This document shows, in pieces, positions 37,002-45,306 of a DNA stretch of 59,418 bases; positions within the stretch are counted from its first letter, which is position 1, and each line of letters begins with the position of its first letter. Both the position numbers and the translations under genes were made by a program. The stretch is from an uncultured Clostridia bacterium. Its GTDB lineage: Bacteria; Bacillota; Clostridia; Oscillospirales; Butyricicoccaceae. The notes under the pieces are model-generated. The model had not been told where the DNA came from, made no database searches, and saw only the letters and a list, made by a program, of their open reading frames with translations. The stretch spans positions 1-59,418 of the forward strand of contig CALLCY010000006.1 in the NCBI GenBank assembly GCA_938000015.1, in the 5' to 3' direction.

Positions 37002-38411
37002 TTAATAGCCGCCGCATTCCACAGCGGCGATCTGGTCCTGGGCGTTGTAGTACACTTTGATGTAATAATTGCTCATCAGGTATTTGTCCACCCGTCCCTT
37101 CTCCGGCACAGAGAGGGACAGCTGGGATACGGCCTGGATGCGCTCTTGGGTCAGATTCCCCGTCAGGGTGGTAAACCGTGTCCCCAGCAGTTCTTCCAGC
37201 TCTTCCTCTGTGGAAGCTGGGGTAATGCCCAAAAATCCCTGGTTTGCGTCCATGAGCACGAACCGGCAGACCAATGTACCGTCTCCGCCATCGGCACAGA
37301 GGAAGCTGGCCCCTAGATTCAAATAAGACAGCAGGGTATATCCTCCGGCCTGGGTCTGATACCCCGGCGCCCCAAAGGCAGCGGTGATCTCTTCGGTCCC
37401 TTTGCCCAGGTAGCTCATATAGTTGACCCCGTCGTCCACAAACTCCCCGGAGTACACCGCAGAACCCACCTGGTCATAAACGGTACCCGCTCCCTGGCGG
37501 GAACCCTGGACAAACTGGCCCTGATAGAGAACGCTGCCGTTTTCGTCATACAAGGTGCCTTCTCCCTCGTAAAATCCCTGGGAGAAATTCCCCTGGTAGA
37601 CCAGCACGCCCTCTTCATAGGCGCTGCCCTGGCCCTCAAAGACCCCGGCGGCAAACTGACCCCGGTAGGCCACCGTCTCTCCATCTTCTTCATAGAGAAC
37701 GCCGTTGCCTTCCCGGACACCTCCGGCAAAATCCCCCTGATAGACCATTTTGTGGGTTTCCGGACTATATTCCATGCCGGTGCCTTCAAAAAGGCCCTGG
37801 AGAAAATCCCCTTGATAGATCAGGTTTCCCGCCTCGTCATACAGCCGCCCTTCCCCTTCATAGAGGTTTTGGGCAAAGCCCCCTTCGTAGCGGAGGACGC
37901 CATCCACATAGAGTTTGCCGGAGCCTTCATAGGCCCCCGACTGGAAATCCCCTTCATAGACCAGCTGGCCCTGGTTGTCATACTGGAGGGCGTAGCCGGT
38001 GAGCTGGCCCTGCTCCACATCCCCCTGATAGATCAACTGACCCACCTGGTTTTCGATCTTGGCCTTGCCGGTATAACCGGCCATTTTGTTGCTGTTCAGC
38101 GTCATCGTAGGCGTCCACAGCCGCCCTTCCATCCAGGGATACACAAAGGCGGTAAACACCGTGCAGATGGCCACGATGCCCATGACGCTCAGCCCCAAAA
38201 ACCGCTTGGAGAGGTAGATGCTGCCAAAGCGCACATAGTCGGCTTTGCTGGCCGGCGGGCGGGTCATGGCCTTCACCTGGGCCCGCACATAGGTATTGAG
38301 ATAGACCATGGGCTTGGAAGCCAGCTTCAGAAGCCGGGTGATCTTTTTGGAGATGTTGTTGATCTGCCGGCCCACGATCTTGGATATTTGGCTGAAAAAG
38401 TTGAAGTTCAT
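37002..38411 (-). CDS. Membrane-anchored MORN-repeat protein
   Basis: One TM followed by repeated Y.G.F..G...G.G..Y units. Confidence 0.85.
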   Translation of the reverse strand: MNFNFFSQISKIVGRQINNISKKITRLLKLASKPMVYLNTYVRAQVKAMTRPPASKADYVRFGSIYLSKRFLGLSVMGIVAICTVFTAFVYPWMEGRLWTPTMTLNSNKMAGYTGKAKIENQVGQLIYQGDVEQGQLTGYALQYDNQGQLVYEGDFQSGAYEGSGKLYVDGVLRYEGGFAQNLYEGEGRLYDEAGNLIYQGDFLQGLFEGTGMEYSPETHKMVYQGDFAGGVREGNGVLYEEDGETVAYRGQFAAGVFEGQGSAYEEGVLVYQGNFSQGFYEGEGTLYDENGSVLYQGQFVQGSRQGAGTVYDQVGSAVYSGEFVDDGVNYMSYLGKGTEEITAAFGAPGYQTQAGGYTLLSYLNLGASFLCADGGDGTLVCRFVLMDANQGFLGITPASTEEELEELLGTRFTTLTGNLTQERIQAVSQLSLSVPEKGRVDKYLMSNYYIKVYYNAQDQIAAVECGGY

Positions 38412-38441
38412 CTGCCGTCTCCTCTTGTGTCACACCCCTGG

Positions 38442-41147
38442 TCAATTTTGCCGGGCAGCGCCCTCCCGGCTGTGGGTGTCGCAAAGCATCAGGTAATACA
38501 TGGCCACCTGATCCCGCTGGTTTGTCTGCAAAACACTGGCAAAGTGTTTCCGTGCTTCAAAATACCGCTTCTGCTGGTAATCGTGGATGCCTTTTTCAAA
38601 CTCCTCTCTGGTGATGAGATGGAGTTTCTTTTCATAGGTATCCATGCCGTCCAGAAACTCATACAGGCTCTCCCGGCCCCAGTCTCCGGCGCCGATCTCC
38701 CGGCAGCTGAAATAGGAATCTTCTCCGATGCCCTCCACGCCCCGGCGGGTGATAATATACCGGGTGCCGATCTCGTCCATCAGGCTGTTGAGGGCGTAGA
38801 TATCCATAATGGTTTTGGAAATGGCGGTGATGGTCTGGCGCTTTTGGTTGCCGGCCACGCCCACCAGGGTCTTGTCCCGGGAAATGAGGATCTTCAGCTC
38901 CACCGGCCGCTCCTCCCGGGCCATGATCTCCTTGAGGGAAATGGCGGTGTTGAGAGCGTCCCGCGTCTGGCCGGGGAACAGGGCCAGCATCCCCGCCCCG
39001 TCAAACCGCTGGATGATGCCGTGGTTGATGTCCACCACATCAAAGATCCGGTCGTAATTTTCATTCATCAGGGCAAAGTAATCCTCATTGCCCATCTGCT
39101 CCCCCGGTGTGCCGAAGGTGACATAGAGCAGACTCATGTCCTGCACCTGCTGGTCCCGCAGCTGCAAGTCGGTGACCTTGGTCTTGCCCAGCAGCTGGAA
39201 CAGCTCCCGAGGGGTAAACTTGATGTATTCGTTGTTGAGCAGCACCATGTTGGAAATGTACTGACTCAGCTTTTCGGTCATCTGGTTGAAGCTGATGCCG
39301 ATCTGGGCCAGCTCGTCCCGGGAGGTGATCTTGGCCTTGACCCTCCAGTTGCCCCCGCCGATGGCGGCAATGCACCGGCTCAGTTCCTGAAGAGGCCGGA
39401 AAGCCCCGATGAGCACCGCCAGCAGCCACAGCAGACAGCAGAGCACATCCCCAGCCAACACGAGAATAGCCGGCAGATTGCCTCTGGCCCACAGAGGAAG
39501 TGCGGAATCCTTTTCCGCCCGGGCCTCCACCAAGCCCCAGACCTCCCCGTCGTCCCCCCGCAGAGGAACGACATAGCTTTCATAGCTTTGAGCGCCCTGG
39601 GTGGTCTCCGTAGAACCGCCCTCTTTTTCTGCCAGCTTTTCCACCTGCTTCAAATCCGATCCGGTCAGTTCCTTGTCCAAAGGAGCCAGGTAACTGGCCG
39701 AGGAAAAGCCATCTGTTCCCAAGGAGAACAGGCCATAAAAACTGCCGTCCTCCAGGCCGTAAAGCCGCAGGCCCATGTTTTGGAGGCCGGAAACAATTTG
39801 TGCTCCCTGAAATGCCTCTTCCAGGCTTTCTTCCAAAGAAGCTCTTTGAAGGGTATTCAAGCGGGAAGGCAAAGTCCCGGGTTCCTGCCCCTCCAGACTT
39901 TGGACGGCAAAGCGGGCCGCCGCTCCCAGGCTGTTTTGCAGGTTTTCCCGGCATTGCTGCCGGTAAAGGGTGAGCATCCCACCCAAAAGCAAGGCGGTGA
40001 CCAGCACCAGCGCCGGAAGGAACTGAAGCAGAATCCGGCTCACCAGCCGGGAAGCTCCCAGCAGCCGGGAAACGCCCCACCAAAGCGCTGCGGCCAAGGC
40101 CCCGGCGGCAAGTGCGCACAGCAGGGTCTTTCCAACCCGCAGCAGATCCCAGCCCTGGTGGATGCCCTCCACCGCCACCGCTTCTTTGCCAAAACGCAGC
40201 CACACCGGATCTTTTCCATCGATGGTGACGCCGCAGAAATCCCCTGCTCCCACATACCGGGTTTGCTGGAGCTGGTCAAAAGTGATGTCCAGCCGGGCGT
40301 TCACCGTGTCCTCGCCGCTGTAAAGCCGCTGCGCAGTAAGGGACTGAGGGTCCAGCTGATAGAGAACGCCGGTGCTGCGGCTGACATAGTAGACCATGTC
40401 CTCCTCATCAGCCGACACCTGGCCGGCCAGAAGAGTGCTTTCCGCCAAGACCCGGGGCTCTTCTTCCTGGGGAGCGATGGCATAAAGCCCGCCCTCCTGA
40501 GTGGTATAGACCAGCGTACCGTCGGAAAGGGCGGCAAAATCCTCCGGTACCAAAGCCTGCTCCTCTTCCCCGTCTTCCTCTGTCTCCAAAAAGAAGCTGG
40601 ACAGGGTCTCCGGGGATGCATCCCCATAGGGCTGGACTTTCAGGATGTCATAGCGGCCCTGATCTTCGCAGATGGCCAGAAGGGTGTCCCCCTGCATCTG
40701 GAGTTTGCGGAAATAACTCTGGGTGCTCAGGCCGGAGAGGGCGGTTTTGTCCACCGTCACCACCGCAGCCTGGATGGTTCCATCGCTTCCGCAGGAAACC
40801 ACCTCTTCCAAAGAGATCACTTCCTGCCGCTTCCCTTCGCCATCCACCAGCACCTCATAGTGTTCTCTTGTGAGATACAGGGTGCCGCTGTCGTCTGCCA
40901 CCATATCCCCATAGCGGATGGAACGGCCCTCCTCATCCTGTTGGGGCAACTGGGTCTCTCCCAGCAGTTCCCCGGAAGAGGAAATCCGCCACAGCTTGCC
41001 GTCCTCCCCCAGCAGGGAGAGCTGGCCCTTGCCATCGATGGCATAAGCATCCCAGGATATTTGAGGAGCTTTGCCGCTTTCCAGGGCAAACAGAACCCCG
41101 GCCAGAATGGCCAAAACCAGGATTACACTTCTTTTCATCCATTTCAT
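38442..41147 (-). CDS. Membrane sensor: beta-propeller + Cache-like + HAMP + degenerate class III nucleotide cyclase + TPR-like tail
   Basis: HAMP FRPLQEL...RDELAQIGISFNQM; KFTPRELFQLLG; cyclase-like GIIQRFDGAGMLALF, LVGVAG..R..ITAIS. Confidence 0.75.
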   Translation of the reverse strand: MKWMKRSVILVLAILAGVLFALESGKAPQISWDAYAIDGKGQLSLLGEDGKLWRISSSGELLGETQLPQQDEEGRSIRYGDMVADDSGTLYLTREHYEVLVDGEGKRQEVISLEEVVSCGSDGTIQAAVVTVDKTALSGLSTQSYFRKLQMQGDTLLAICEDQGRYDILKVQPYGDASPETLSSFFLETEEDGEEEQALVPEDFAALSDGTLVYTTQEGGLYAIAPQEEEPRVLAESTLLAGQVSADEEDMVYYVSRSTGVLYQLDPQSLTAQRLYSGEDTVNARLDITFDQLQQTRYVGAGDFCGVTIDGKDPVWLRFGKEAVAVEGIHQGWDLLRVGKTLLCALAAGALAAALWWGVSRLLGASRLVSRILLQFLPALVLVTALLLGGMLTLYRQQCRENLQNSLGAAARFAVQSLEGQEPGTLPSRLNTLQRASLEESLEEAFQGAQIVSGLQNMGLRLYGLEDGSFYGLFSLGTDGFSSASYLAPLDKELTGSDLKQVEKLAEKEGGSTETTQGAQSYESYVVPLRGDDGEVWGLVEARAEKDSALPLWARGNLPAILVLAGDVLCCLLWLLAVLIGAFRPLQELSRCIAAIGGGNWRVKAKITSRDELAQIGISFNQMTEKLSQYISNMVLLNNEYIKFTPRELFQLLGKTKVTDLQLRDQQVQDMSLLYVTFGTPGEQMGNEDYFALMNENYDRIFDVVDINHGIIQRFDGAGMLALFPGQTRDALNTAISLKEIMAREERPVELKILISRDKTLVGVAGNQKRQTITAISKTIMDIYALNSLMDEIGTRYIITRRGVEGIGEDSYFSCREIGAGDWGRESLYEFLDGMDTYEKKLHLITREEFEKGIHDYQQKRYFEARKHFASVLQTNQRDQVAMYYLMLCDTHSREGAARQN

Positions 41148-41173
41148 AACGCTCTTCTCCTACCGCCGGGCCG

Positions 41174-42313
41174 TCAATCTTCCAAATACTGGGCCAGCTG
41201 ATCCTTCATGGGCAACCGCAGAACGGTGCCAGCCTGGGGCTCCCTTCCAGTGTCCAGGCCGTTATAACTGGCGGCTGCGGGGGCATATCCGGCAGCGCCA
41301 TAATAGCTTTCACAGATGGAGTCCCATGTGTCCCCAGGCACTACAATATAATCCTCCGAAGTCAACAGATCCTCCGGCTGGGGCAAAGAAGCAAACACCA
41401 CCTCTTCCTGCTCCGATGGCCGGGTGGGGTCCTGAAGCTGAATGCTCCCCTCTTCCTCCTGGCCCTCTCCATAGGAGACCAGACCGATCTGGGTGATGGG
41501 TTCCCCGGCCGCTTTCTCTCCTCCTGTGAGGGAGGTGATAAGGTAGACCACAAGGCAGAAAAACAGCACCACGATCCCCAGCCAGGAAACCTGGGCCAGC
41601 CGTTTTTTGTTCTCCTGGAAAAAGGCCTTGGCCTTGGGGATAAATCCGCTTTGCCCCAAGCTGTCCCGGGCCTTCTCCAAATCCCGGATCAGAGGGGGCA
41701 GGCCGTCATACAGCCCGGCCTGGCACATTTTGTAGATGTCCCGCAGCGCCTTGTGATAGGGGTTTTTCAGCTCCCGGCGGAGCATGAATTCCATCAGGGC
41801 CGCCGTCTCCTTCCAGCAGGAGCACCCCACATTCCCGGTGAAAAACTCCGGGTGAAACTGGTAGAGCAAGCGCACATTCTCCTCCTGATCCAGCAGAATG
41901 TTCTCCGGCTGGAGCAAGGCGCACTGCACGCTTTCCGGCAAACCAGTGCCGCCGGTGTGAACCCGAAACAGCGCCCTGATCAAAATACCCAACCGCTTTT
42001 CGGTGTTTCCCGGGCAGTCCCGGAAACTCTCGGCCAGGGACCGACCCTCATAATAGCGGAAAATGGCATAAAAGTCCTGTCCCGCACTGAACAGATCCAC
42101 AAAATCCGATCGTTCCTCCCGGCGGGTGAAGGCGGCATAAAGCTGGCTGAAAAAGGCTCGGGTCTCCTCCCCATGGGGCACCCGGTTGGAGAGCAAAAGC
42201 TCCTTTTCCCCCGGGCGGCTGACCACCTGGGCCGTCAGATACAGGGTATCGGTGAGCGTGCCCAGTGTCTGATACAAGGTAGACTGGATATTTGTTTGTT
42301 TTTCCTCTGCCAT
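41174..42313 (-). CDS. Pseudokinase-TM-LysM membrane protein
   Basis: FYAIFRYYEGRSL and LQPENILLD kinase-like remnants, one TM, C-terminal YIVVPGDTWDSI..YYG..YNGL..GTVLRLP. Confidence 0.7.
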   Translation of the reverse strand: MAEEKQTNIQSTLYQTLGTLTDTLYLTAQVVSRPGEKELLLSNRVPHGEETRAFFSQLYAAFTRREERSDFVDLFSAGQDFYAIFRYYEGRSLAESFRDCPGNTEKRLGILIRALFRVHTGGTGLPESVQCALLQPENILLDQEENVRLLYQFHPEFFTGNVGCSCWKETAALMEFMLRRELKNPYHKALRDIYKMCQAGLYDGLPPLIRDLEKARDSLGQSGFIPKAKAFFQENKKRLAQVSWLGIVVLFFCLVVYLITSLTGGEKAAGEPITQIGLVSYGEGQEEEGSIQLQDPTRPSEQEEVVFASLPQPEDLLTSEDYIVVPGDTWDSICESYYGAAGYAPAAASYNGLDTGREPQAGTVLRLPMKDQLAQYLED

Positions 42314-42378
42314 TGTGCCGCCTCCTCATTCCGAAGCCTTCTTCAGCCTCTCAGTCCCCCTTCCGGGGGTTGGGCTTT

Positions 42379-44145
42379 TTACAGTTTGCGCACCACCACA
42401 TAGGCGCTGGCCTGGTGCTGGCCGTACTTGGCGCTCTGGGCCCGGATCTCAAAGACCCCTTCGGTGGCCGGTGCAGTATAAAGGCCGTTGCGGTCGATGC
42501 TGCCGCCGTTCTTCTCGGCCACCGACCAGGTCACCTCCTGGCTGGCGCTGCCTTCCACCATGGCGGTAAAGCGCACCTGCTGCAAAGGCTCCACATCCAC
42601 CGTATTGGGTGTGATGCTCACCTGCACATCGCCCACCAGATCTTCCTTCTCCTGGTTTTCTTCTTCGTCTTTCCAGGCCCACCAACGCAGGCGGATGTTC
42701 TGCTGGCTGGTCTTTTCCATCAGCCGCAGCCCCAGCTGCAAGGTGCCCTTTTTCACATTGACCATGGCCCCCAGAGCACAGGCCGGGGCTCCCAGGGAAA
42801 ATTCCTCCCCGCCGAAGACCCCATCGCCAAAGACCAGGTTGTCTCCTTTGCTTCCCTGGCTGCCGGTCTCCACAGCCACCATGGCCCGCACCCGTCCGGC
42901 TCCCAGGCCGTGGATGAACTCATGGGAATAATAGGTGCGTCCCGCCTTGGGCGCTACGCCCAAAGCCACATTTTCCACACCCTGGGCCATTTTTTGGGCA
43001 GGCGCCTGAGGCTTTTCGGTCTTTTCCCCGGCAGAATCCTGCTGGGCCTTTCTCTCGCCATGATGGTCTTCCCGATGACCTCCCAGCTTTTGCAAAAGGC
43101 TCATCAGCTGAGTGTTGGGCAGATGCTGGGAGAAGGGGTTCTGCACCACTTTCTCGATGAAGAAGGCGTTTTGACCTGCCACGATATGGAACTTGGCCAG
43201 ATAGATCTCCTGATCCTCCCGGGGGGTGAGCAGCTCGTCAAAATGGCGGGTGTAGTAATTTTCCATCACCACTTCCCCCAGATCCCGGCGGGTAACTTCC
43301 ACCGGCTGGCTCAGGTCCTGAGAAAGCCCCGGCGCTTCCTTGCTGCCCAGACGGAGAGAAAAGCTCTCCTTCAGCACCTTCACCGAAGTGTAATCGTCTT
43401 TCACCGGGCCGCAATCCATGATATAGGGCAGGGTCACTTCCTTGTGGGTGGTCACCTCGGTCTCGGTGTATTCCACCCGCACCCGATTCTCTCCCTTGGG
43501 AGAGCGGAATAGGTCGCTTTCAATGTCAAAGGAAAAATGCACCGGCGCCGATACATCCCGCTTTTCAAAGAGCACCCGCAAACCAAACTGATGGTCAGTG
43601 TTGGCATAGCGGGGCACCTCCAACCGGATGCGCACGCCGTCCTCGTCATACAGGGTAATCAAGTCATAGAGCACACTGTCCACACCCAGCATCTGCCGAT
43701 TGGGTTCCTTTGTGGTGAGGAACAGCTCATAGCCCTCCCGCACCCGGTTGTACTGCCGGCCGGCCTCTGCGTTTTCCCCGCTGCCCGCCACCGAGAAGGG
43801 GCCTTCGCACTCTTCCTCCTGGTAGCGGATACCCAGGTACACATCTCCGCTTTGCTGGATCTGATCAAAGCCCTGAATGGCGCTGATGCGCTTGACACAG
43901 GGGTCCTGCACCAGGATCTCCCGGCCCAGATAGTCCAGAGCCATGCCCGCCTCCAGGGAAAAGGTCTGGTTGTCCACCAGCAGCACCCCCAGCCCGGCCA
44001 CGATACCGGCCCCATGGAGCAGGCGGTTGCCCAGGCGGCGCTTGTCGTTCATATAGGTCTGCTCGTCCTGAAAATCCCGGACGGTCATCAGCTTGCCGTA
44101 AAAGTAATGATTGCGCTCGCCGGAGCTATATTGCAGATTGTTCAT
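42379..44145 (-). CDS. CIS baseplate-attached / tail-fibre candidate with C-terminal Ig-like domain
   Basis: RNHYFYGKLMTVRDFQDEQTY..HGAGIVAGL..AGMALDYLGREI N-terminus; C-terminal VSITP..VTWSV..GLYTAP. Confidence 0.65.
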   Translation of the reverse strand: MNNLQYSSGERNHYFYGKLMTVRDFQDEQTYMNDKRRLGNRLLHGAGIVAGLGVLLVDNQTFSLEAGMALDYLGREILVQDPCVKRISAIQGFDQIQQSGDVYLGIRYQEEECEGPFSVAGSGENAEAGRQYNRVREGYELFLTTKEPNRQMLGVDSVLYDLITLYDEDGVRIRLEVPRYANTDHQFGLRVLFEKRDVSAPVHFSFDIESDLFRSPKGENRVRVEYTETEVTTHKEVTLPYIMDCGPVKDDYTSVKVLKESFSLRLGSKEAPGLSQDLSQPVEVTRRDLGEVVMENYYTRHFDELLTPREDQEIYLAKFHIVAGQNAFFIEKVVQNPFSQHLPNTQLMSLLQKLGGHREDHHGERKAQQDSAGEKTEKPQAPAQKMAQGVENVALGVAPKAGRTYYSHEFIHGLGAGRVRAMVAVETGSQGSKGDNLVFGDGVFGGEEFSLGAPACALGAMVNVKKGTLQLGLRLMEKTSQQNIRLRWWAWKDEEENQEKEDLVGDVQVSITPNTVDVEPLQQVRFTAMVEGSASQEVTWSVAEKNGGSIDRNGLYTAPATEGVFEIRAQSAKYGQHQASAYVVVRKL

Positions 44146-45286
44146 TCGTCCTTCCTCCCGTTGCCGATTGAGCCAGATAAGGTGCGCTGGGCACAGCGCC
44201 GCCGTCCAACACCAGATTTTTGCTTCTGCCCAGGATGGAATTCATCCCCAGATAGCAGTGCTGGCCAAGAATCAATTCATCGTTCATAAACACCAGGTTG
44301 CACACAGCATCCACCGGTTTGAAGCTCTGGATGATCTGATAGAGCCTGGCATATTCCTCCGGGCCGCCGGCCTTGCCGGGCATGAGCACCGTGAAGGTCT
44401 GCCGCCTTTTGCCGTAAAGCCGCTCCAAAGCCTCCTGATCCTGCCGCCAGATGGGCTGGGAGGCCGGTTCAAACTGTTCCACGATCCGGGGAGTATAGCC
44501 GGTATAAAGCTCCACCACCTGCTCCAACGCCCGCCGGGTGCCCTTGATCCGGTAGAGCCCCGCCGCCTGTTTGAGAAGGCTGCGCAGCTTCTCCTCCGGC
44601 CACAGTCCCTGCTGAGGTACCGCCAGCATCTCCCCTAAAAACCGAAGGAACTCCGGTGAAGTGACCGCCGGGTCGCATCGGGCGGGCATCTGGTCGATAT
44701 CCTCTTCCAAATCCACATAGATGGACTGGAACAGGCTGAGAAACCGGGCCAAAAAGGAATCCCGGCTGTCCGCTCCCCGGTAGACCTGGGGCAGATAGTC
44801 GATAAAGGCAATGCGGGGAAACTCCAGCTTGATGCTATGCACCTGCATGGCCTCTCCATCGTAACTGTGGAAAAAAAGGCAGAACCACAGATAACGGCCT
44901 TGCAGTCCATAGAGTGTCAGATCCATGGGATCGTCCCAGCTTTTTTGCCCATAGCGGCGGAAAAACTCTTCCCGGGCCTTTCCATCCGCCTTTTCCAGCC
45001 AGTCATCCAACTTTTGACGGCTCTCGCCCAGGAAAGGGACGGTATCCTCATCGCTGCAATAGACAAAAAGCTCCAGCCGGGCGTTGTCCGGCAATGTGCT
45101 TTCCAGCCGCAGCCGGTGCCACACCGTGCCTTTTTCCAGGGTGTCCAGGCTGCGGGATATGTAGATCCCTTCCCTTGCCTTTTCCAGACACAAACCTCCA
45201 TCTCCGGCAGAAAGGCCCTGAATAAGGCCCATGTCCTCCCAGTCCTCCCGACGGTTATAGAGAAAATGTTTGGTTCCCGATGCCAC
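44126..45286 (-). CDS. Phage tail protein (P2 gpI-like baseplate wedge)
   Basis: YLPQVY, FLARFLSLF, DPAVT..EFL.FL, LYRIKGTRRAL; start reassigned to GTG 45286 after AAGGAGGTG. Confidence 0.8.
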   Translation of the reverse strand: MASGTKHFLYNRREDWEDMGLIQGLSAGDGGLCLEKAREGIYISRSLDTLEKGTVWHRLRLESTLPDNARLELFVYCSDEDTVPFLGESRQKLDDWLEKADGKAREEFFRRYGQKSWDDPMDLTLYGLQGRYLWFCLFFHSYDGEAMQVHSIKLEFPRIAFIDYLPQVYRGADSRDSFLARFLSLFQSIYVDLEEDIDQMPARCDPAVTSPEFLRFLGEMLAVPQQGLWPEEKLRSLLKQAAGLYRIKGTRRALEQVVELYTGYTPRIVEQFEPASQPIWRQDQEALERLYGKRRQTFTVLMPGKAGGPEEYARLYQIIQSFKPVDAVCNLVFMNDELILGQHCYLGMNSILGRSKNLVLDGGAVPSAPYLAQSATGGRTNEQSAI

Positions 45287-45306
45287 GGTCCCACCTCCTT
45301 TTCCCC

